64,000 bases of DNA from an uncultured cyanobacterium (GTDB lineage: Bacteria; Cyanobacteriota; Cyanobacteriia; Cyanobacteriales; Cyanobacteriaceae). A program made the translations under genes and the position numbers. The notes under the pieces were generated by a model. It was not told the origin of the DNA and ran no database searches. It saw only the letters and a list, made by a program, of their open reading frames with translations. Below, piece by piece: positions 58,939 to 64,000 of this stretch. Position 1 is the stretch's first letter. Each line of letters begins with the position of its first letter. The stretch is taken from assembly GCA_963710605.1 (NCBI GenBank), contig CAVQBA010000004.1:256001-320000 (forward strand), written 5' to 3'.

Positions 58939-59013
58939 CTATAGCAGTAAACGAGTTGTTTTAAACAGTTGAATCGATTTCCCCTCCTTTAAAGGAGGGG
59001 TTAGGGGTGGTGA
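58939..59013. repeat. Repeat family A copy
   Basis: CTATAGCAGTAAACGAGTTG..CCCCTCCTTTAAAGGAGGGGTTAGGGGTGG. Confidence 0.75.
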
Positions 59014-59151
59014 AGATATTCTAACTTATTCGTTTGAATAAAATAAAAAAAGAGTAGATTTTAACCAATCATTAACGATCGATTAAAATTTACTCTTATT
59101 TGTTGATAAAAAAGCGAGAAAACTTGCTTTTTAAAAAGTCTATTCGGTTAT

Positions 59152-61326
59152 TTATTTGATGAATAACATTTCTTGATAAGTAGGTAATGGCCAACAACAA
59201 TCAGCTACTTCAGCTTCTAAAGTATCAGCATAACCACGAACTTCATCCATCAAAGTACGAACATCATGAGCAAAATACTGCATATGCGCTTCAGTAGATT
59301 CAAAATCTTCTTTCTCGATCGCACTTTCTAGTTTATTAACAGAAGTCATCATCGAGTTAGTAACATCAGCAACTTTTTCAGCAACTTCTTTTCCTAAAGC
59401 AATTCCTAAGCCAGTCACACTAGAAATAGTAGAAGTAAGTTGAGATAAATATTCGATTGCCGCAGGATAAATCAAAGTTTTCGCCATCGAAACAACTAAT
59501 TTAGCTTCAACTTCGATCGATAAAATATATTGCTCAGAATAAACTTCAAAACGACTTTCTAACTCAACAGGAGTCAAAACACCAGTTTTTTCAAATAATT
59601 CTTCAACATTATCAGCTTTAAGGTATGGTAAAGCATCAGCAGTAGTAGGTAGATTGAGTAAACCTCTTTCTTCTACAGCCATTTTATGCCATTCGTCAGA
59701 ATAACCATCACCACCAAAGATAACAGCACCATCCTCATCCATGATTTCTTTGAGTACAGTGATAATCGCTTTATTAATATCGCTGCCACCAGATAATTCG
59801 CTTTCTAAACGATTACCAATCCAAGTTAAAGAATCAGCTAACATGGTGTTGAGAACGATTAATGGCCCTGCGACAGATTGAGCTGAACCAACAGCACGGA
59901 ATTCAAATCTGTTACCAGTAAAAGCAAAAGGAGAAGTACGGTTTCTATCTCCTGCATCTTTGGTCAAATCAGGTAATACAGCTACACCCAAATCCATTTT
60001 GCCTTTTTTCTTAGAACCAGTTAAGCTACCATTTTTAATTTGGTCATATACTTCTTCTAACTGAGTACCTAGATATACAGACATAATCGCAGGAGGTGCT
60101 TCGTTTGCTCCTAATCTGTGGTCATTACTAGCAGTAGCGATCGCCGCACGCATAAGTGGACCAAACTTGTGTACACCACGAATAACCGCACCACAGAAGA
60201 CTAAAAACTGAGTATTGTCATGAGGAGAATCACCCGGGTCAAGTAAATTACCTTGAGTAGCATTACCAACTGACCAGTTAACGTGTTTACCAGAACCATT
60301 AATTCCTGCAAAAGGTTTTTCGTGTAGTAAACAAACAAAACCATGTTTTTTAGCAGTATGACGTAGAGTTGTCATCAATAACTGTTGATGGTCACTAGCG
60401 ACGTTAGCTGATTCAAAGAAAGGAGCAATTTCAAATTGTCCGGGAGCAACTTCATTGTGTCTAGTTTTAGCAGGAATACCTAACTTGTAAAGTTGTTCTT
60501 CAACGTCTTGCATGAACACTTGTACTCTTTCAGGAATTGCACCAAAATAATGGTCATCAAATTGTTGACCTTTAGCGGGGGCTTTACCAAATAAAGTTCT
60601 ACCAGCTAAAAGTAAGTCAGGGCGTTGAGCCGCAAAATTGGTATCAATTAAGAAGTATTCTTGTTCTGCACCACAACTAGAATTAACACGAGCAATATCA
60701 GTATGTCCTAAAAGACTCAATACTTTATTCGCCGCTTTATCCATTGCTGAGATAGAGCGTAATAAAGGTACTTTTTTATCTAACGCTTCTCCCGTCCAAG
60801 AAACAAATACTGTAGGAATACACAAGGTAGCACCGTTATCGGTTTCCATGACATACGCTGGAGAAGTGACATCCCAACCTGTATATCCTCTAGCTTCAAA
60901 TGTACCTCTTAAACCACCATTAGGGAATGAAGAGCCATCAGGTTCACCTTGAACTAAAATTTTACCGGAAAATTCAGAAATAACTCTACCGTCACTTTGA
61001 ACAGAAATAAAACCATCGTGTTTTTCAGCGGTGGAGTTTGTCATGGGGTAAAAAACGTGAGCGTAATATAACGCTCCTTTAGACATCGCCCAATCTCTCA
61101 TGGCTGTAGCGATAGCATCGGCGATCGAGATATCGATCGGTTCACCACTGATAATTGTTTTTTTGACTGACTTAAATATATGTTTAGGAAGAGTCGCCTG
61201 CATTTTGTCGAGGGTAAATACATTTTGCCCCCAAATTGCATCTAGACTAGGAGATTCTTTAGCAAACTTTGGTTCACGACTAACAATTTTCTCGATTGCT
61301 TGGAGACGACAGTCATTTTTACTCAT
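59152..61326 (-). CDS. glnN: Glutamine synthetase type III
   Basis: 724 aa; AEKHD, EPDGSSFPNGG, HNEVAP.Q, NDHRLGANEAPP, DRNRTSPFAFTG. Confidence 0.96.
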   Translation of the reverse strand: MSKNDCRLQAIEKIVSREPKFAKESPSLDAIWGQNVFTLDKMQATLPKHIFKSVKKTIISGEPIDISIADAIATAMRDWAMSKGALYYAHVFYPMTNSTAEKHDGFISVQSDGRVISEFSGKILVQGEPDGSSFPNGGLRGTFEARGYTGWDVTSPAYVMETDNGATLCIPTVFVSWTGEALDKKVPLLRSISAMDKAANKVLSLLGHTDIARVNSSCGAEQEYFLIDTNFAAQRPDLLLAGRTLFGKAPAKGQQFDDHYFGAIPERVQVFMQDVEEQLYKLGIPAKTRHNEVAPGQFEIAPFFESANVASDHQQLLMTTLRHTAKKHGFVCLLHEKPFAGINGSGKHVNWSVGNATQGNLLDPGDSPHDNTQFLVFCGAVIRGVHKFGPLMRAAIATASNDHRLGANEAPPAIMSVYLGTQLEEVYDQIKNGSLTGSKKKGKMDLGVAVLPDLTKDAGDRNRTSPFAFTGNRFEFRAVGSAQSVAGPLIVLNTMLADSLTWIGNRLESELSGGSDINKAIITVLKEIMDEDGAVIFGGDGYSDEWHKMAVEERGLLNLPTTADALPYLKADNVEELFEKTGVLTPVELESRFEVYSEQYILSIEVEAKLVVSMAKTLIYPAAIEYLSQLTSTISSVTGLGIALGKEVAEKVADVTNSMMTSVNKLESAIEKEDFESTEAHMQYFAHDVRTLMDEVRGYADTLEAEVADCCWPLPTYQEMLFIK

Positions 61327-61390
61327 GATTATTTATTTATACTGCTTAAAGTAGTTGAATATATATTCTGACTTTTATGGATAGACTATC

Positions 61391-61432
61391 AATATACGCA
61401 ACTTTAATCGGGATATTTGTTATATTAGATAC
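61391..61432 (-). promoter_or_regulatory. NtcA-activated promoter of glnN
   Basis: Minus strand GTA-TCTAATAT-AAC, exactly 22 nt, then TATATT (TAN3T). Confidence 0.7.
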
Positions 61433-61671
61433 AAAAAAATTGCCTTTGGTTAACTACTCATTATCAACTAACAGACAACGGTAAATAGATAAGAGTCAAG
61501 AGCGTTTGTCTCTAATACGATCGAACAATGATTAATTAATAATTAATGATCGATTATGGTTCGGTTATTTGTCCGCTATTGATTCCTATTTAATGTTACG
61601 ATTTGATAAATTTGGCTATTTATTGTAGCCGTATCTGTATTTTTTAAAATTTATCTTTGACCTAGTTTATA

Positions 61672-62667
61672 ATGCGAGTAACCAATCAAAAACAACAAGT
61701 TGAGATTCAATATTCAGATAGTTTTGCTTCTGCTACTGATAATGGTCAAGATGTAATAGCAGGGTTAACTAGTCAGGCAAAAACTCTACCACCAAAATAC
61801 TTTTACGATTGATTTGGCTCAGAATTATTTGAACAAATTTGTCTTTTACCTGAATATTATCCTACTCGTACAGAAACAGCTATTTTAGAAGAAGTTAGCA
61901 CCACAATAGCTAAAACAACTGATATTTGTGAATTAATTGAATTAGGTAGTGGTAGCTCAACTAAAACTCGTTTTTTGTTATCCGCTTATGAAAAACTGGC
62001 TCAACCATTACGATACATACCGATCGATGTTAGTGGTGAAATGCTGAAACAGACAGCTTTGCAACTAGGTCAAGAATATAATAATCTTTCTATTTTAGGT
62101 TTAGTAGGCACTTACGAACAAGCCTTATCTCAATTGCCTTCTTCTTCCTCTACTCCTCGAATGGTAATTTTTTTAGGAAGTACATTAGGAAATTTTACTC
62201 AAACCCAAAGTGATCAATTATTTGAGCAAGTCAAAAAAATACTTAAGCCAGGAGATTATTTTTTACTAGGAATCGATTTACACAAGTCAACAAATATTTT
62301 AGAAGCCGCATATAACGACAAACAGGGCATAACAGCTAAATTTAATTTGAATATGTTGTCTCATCTTAATCAGCGTTTTGATGGTAACTTTAATCTTGAT
62401 TTATTTGAACATCAAGCTATTTATGACCAACAAAAACAAGAAATTAAAATGTATTTATCAGCTCAAAAAGAACATCAAGTTCGTTTAGAAAAACTAGATT
62501 TAGACATTCATTTTACTCAAAACGAATCTATTCTAACTGAAATATCACGCAAGTTTGAAATTACTCAAATGTTAAAATATTTAGCTCAATATAAACTAAA
62601 CGAGATACAGTCTTGGACAGATAAAAATAATTTATTTGGTTTAGTGTTAACTCAAGTCGGTGAATAA
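61672..62667 (+). pseudogene. egtD: L-histidine N-alpha-methyltransferase EgtD with in-frame TGA at 61810
   Basis: KTLPPKYFYD*FGSELF, LPEYYPTRTE, ELGSGSS.KT, FLGSTLGNF, AYND, TEISRKF. Confidence 0.9.
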
Positions 62668-62816
62668 TAATTAACAATTAAGTAAATAGAAAAAAAGCAA
62701 TTACACAATAACTTGTATCAAGTAATGTCATAATTTGACTATGGTAGTTAGTTATCAAAATCAACTACTTAATTGGTTATTTCAATTCTTGTCGCTAAAC
62801 TTTAAAAAACAAAAAA

Positions 62817-63156
62817 ATGTTATTTTTACGCAAAATCACGATCGTTTTTAGTATCTTATTTTTAAGTTTGAGTATACAACTAAATCCTGTTTTCGCTAGT
62901 ATTCAACTTGATGAGCAATATCAAGCCACCAAAACTTGCCAAGCTGTTAAATCAATTAGAATGGGCAGAAACCCCGGAAATATCCATCTAACTAAAGATA
63001 AAATTTATCATGTTATAGCCAAAGATCGTAATAACGAATCTCATTATCTAATTGAAATGCCCGAGACAAGATATTAGCCCTTCAGTACGTTGGATTGCCA
63101 AAAATTGTGGTGAATTTGTGAATGTTGATTCGATTAATTCAGTTAATAAAAATTAA
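62817..63156 (+). pseudogene. Secreted protein resembling the N-terminal domain of cyanobacterial RNase T2 proteins, frameshift near 63070
   Basis: Signal peptide, CQA.KSIR...NPGN, HY.I, then RWIAKNCG in another frame. Confidence 0.5.
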
Positions 63157-63242
63157 TATTAAAAAAATGTCTGTTATCGGTTAAATTAACGATCGAGGGA
63201 ATTAAAATAGAAAATATAATTAACGATTCCACGATACCACTA

Positions 63243-63461
63243 ATGAAAAAAAGTATCGACTTACCTTTTGCTTCAAAGAAAAAAAAGTGGCACTTACTTC
63301 CGTTTGTTGCTTTAGGAATATTAGTTTTTGCTCAAACATCAGCATTAGAATTAAACTATTTTATCAAAACTTCTTTACTTGTAATGGAGCTGAAACTAAC
63401 TTTTTTGGTTATTTATTGGTTAGTTATTTCTCAACCAAAAAACGATCGTTCTTCCGAATAA
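63243..63461 (+). CDS. Small hypothetical membrane protein
   Basis: 72 aa with two hydrophobic segments. Confidence 0.5.
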   Translation: MKKSIDLPFASKKKKWHLLPFVALGILVFAQTSALELNYFIKTSLLVMELKLTFLVIYWLVISQPKNDRSSE

Positions 63462-63625
63462 AAAATAATTTAATTAGCAATTATCTTTACTGAAAAACAA
63501 AAATATATATCTTTAAACTAGTTCTTTCTTAATTTTAATTGATTAACAAAAAAGCAAATTTTGCTACTATTTTTAGTAGATAAACTTGCTTAATTTAATA
63601 ATTATTATCAGTACTATCTATTGTT

Positions 63626-63973
63626 ATGAAAAATAAATTTGTAGCACTATTACTAACCTTCTTTTTTGGTTATTTAGGGATTCATAAGTTTTATTTAGGG
63701 CGAAAACAGGCAGGAATATTATACTTATTATTTTTTTGGACTTATATTCCCTTTCTTCTATCTATCTTCGATTTTATCGGCTTACTCTTAATCTCCGAGC
63801 AAAATTTTAACCTTCAATATAATCTGCAATCTTCTCCTAAACAAAAAACTCTTAATTATGATGCCAGACATCATATTGCTAATTTAAAACAATTGAAAGA
63901 TTTGTATGATTTAGGAATTATTACCGCCGACGAATATGAACAAAAACGGCGTAAATTTCTTGATTTATTATAA
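63626..63973 (+). CDS. TM2/NINE + SHOCT domain protein
   Basis: KNKFVALLL.FF.G.LGIHKFYLG; LK.L.DLGIITADEYEQK. Confidence 0.88.
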   Translation: MKNKFVALLLTFFFGYLGIHKFYLGRKQAGILYLLFFWTYIPFLLSIFDFIGLLLISEQNFNLQYNLQSSPKQKTLNYDARHHIANLKQLKDLYDLGIITADEYEQKRRKFLDLL

Positions 63974-64000
63974 TATACGATCACGATCGTATTCTTTTGT

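Overview
AT-rich chromosomal window from a phycoerythrin-containing cyanobacterium (cpeBA, glnN, dense HIP1-core CGATCG, heptamer tandem repeats). It looks Geminocystis/Cyanobacterium-like, but that is inference. Contents, left to right: a membrane glycosyltransferase/two-component cluster; a small island with an orphan polymorphic-toxin tip, immunity-like genes and a RelE-type TA pair; a lone dndC; a taxis operon without MCP/CheA; a DUF1611-racemase pair; prfB with its programmed frameshift and a candidate sRNA upstream; cpeB-cpeA-cpeZ-cpeY with an ISAs1/MITE stack nested in a palindromic repeat; acs; aspS; an HTH-AAA-receptor gene between inverted repeats; transporters; glnN with an NtcA-type promoter; egtD. 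About a dozen genes are broken. Several breaks fall on candidate methylation motifs (CGATCG>CGATTG three times, GGWCC twice), and the aspS 3' end is interleaved with hicB/hicA sequence, so many apparent pseudogenes are probably consensus artefacts. No CRISPR, tRNA or rRNA seen. Family names come from motif recognition, not database searches.
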